Shown here: piece by piece, positions 33,081 to 33,131 of the stretch
Position numbering within the stretch: the first letter of the stretch is position 1
Layout of the letters: each line of letters begins with the position of its first letter
IMG/VR virus record: IMGVR_UViG_3300017773_000067
Origin: a virus
Reading direction: 5' to 3' (one strand)
Length of the DNA: 33,131 nt
Notes under the pieces: model-generated
Database searches by the model: none
Seen by the model: the letters and a program-made list of their open reading frames with translations, nothing else
Told to the model about the DNA's origin: nothing
Made by a program: the position numbers and the translations under genes

Positions 33081-33131
33081 AAATCAACTAAACTTACCTG
33101 TTGAATATAAAAAACAAAGTAGAGAAATTTA
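33009..33131. repeat. Right copy of the 123-bp direct terminal repeat
   Basis: Identical to bases 1-123. Confidence 0.95.

Noticed and set aside
1-33131. tRNA genes, CRISPR arrays, IS or transposon ends
   Set aside because: No cloverleaf-compatible sequence with a T-loop consensus appears in any intergenic gap. There are no regularly spaced direct repeats and no transposase-like ORF or terminal inverted repeats. The only long repeat is the 123-bp terminal duplication.

Overview
This window is a complete, densely coded, AT-rich tailed-phage genome that was linearised at an arbitrary point. Bases 1-123 recur exactly at 33009-33131, so the unique length is 33,008 bp and the map is circular or circularly permuted. 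There are three transcription blocks. (i) A long rightward block (133-22120) holds a ParB-domain DNA methyltransferase, small and large terminase, portal, scaffold, an HK97-like major capsid protein, adaptor/tail candidates, three large Gln/Gly-rich putative ejection proteins, a tail-fibre module with a glycine-rich protein, and a lysis cassette (3-TM holin plus M15 peptidase). (ii) A short leftward early block (22127-25452) holds a DUF932-like protein, small ORFans, a YqaJ-type exonuclease and a putative single-strand annealing protein. (iii) A rightward early/middle block (25567-33080) holds an HTH regulator, an Hjc-like resolvase, NinB and YbcO homologues, about ten small ORFans, a GC-rich structured noncoding element, and a PAPS-reductase-like PP-loop enzyme. 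I saw no tape-measure, sheath, integrase, tRNA, CRISPR array, DNA polymerase, primase or helicase, so the layout is podovirus-like and apparently depends on recombination and host replication. The composition and capsid type resemble small marine podoviruses such as HTVC010P-type pelagiphages, but that is untested inference. The items most worth follow-up are a possible DNA-modification module spanning the genome junction, a structured GC-rich leader at 30387-30536, an orphan promoter-terminator pair predicting a ~115-nt sRNA at 23676-23826, a shared early-promoter motif (CTTTACTTTTA), and two ORFan blocks that may encode host-takeover or anti-defence functions. All family assignments come from motif recognition by eye; no searches were run.
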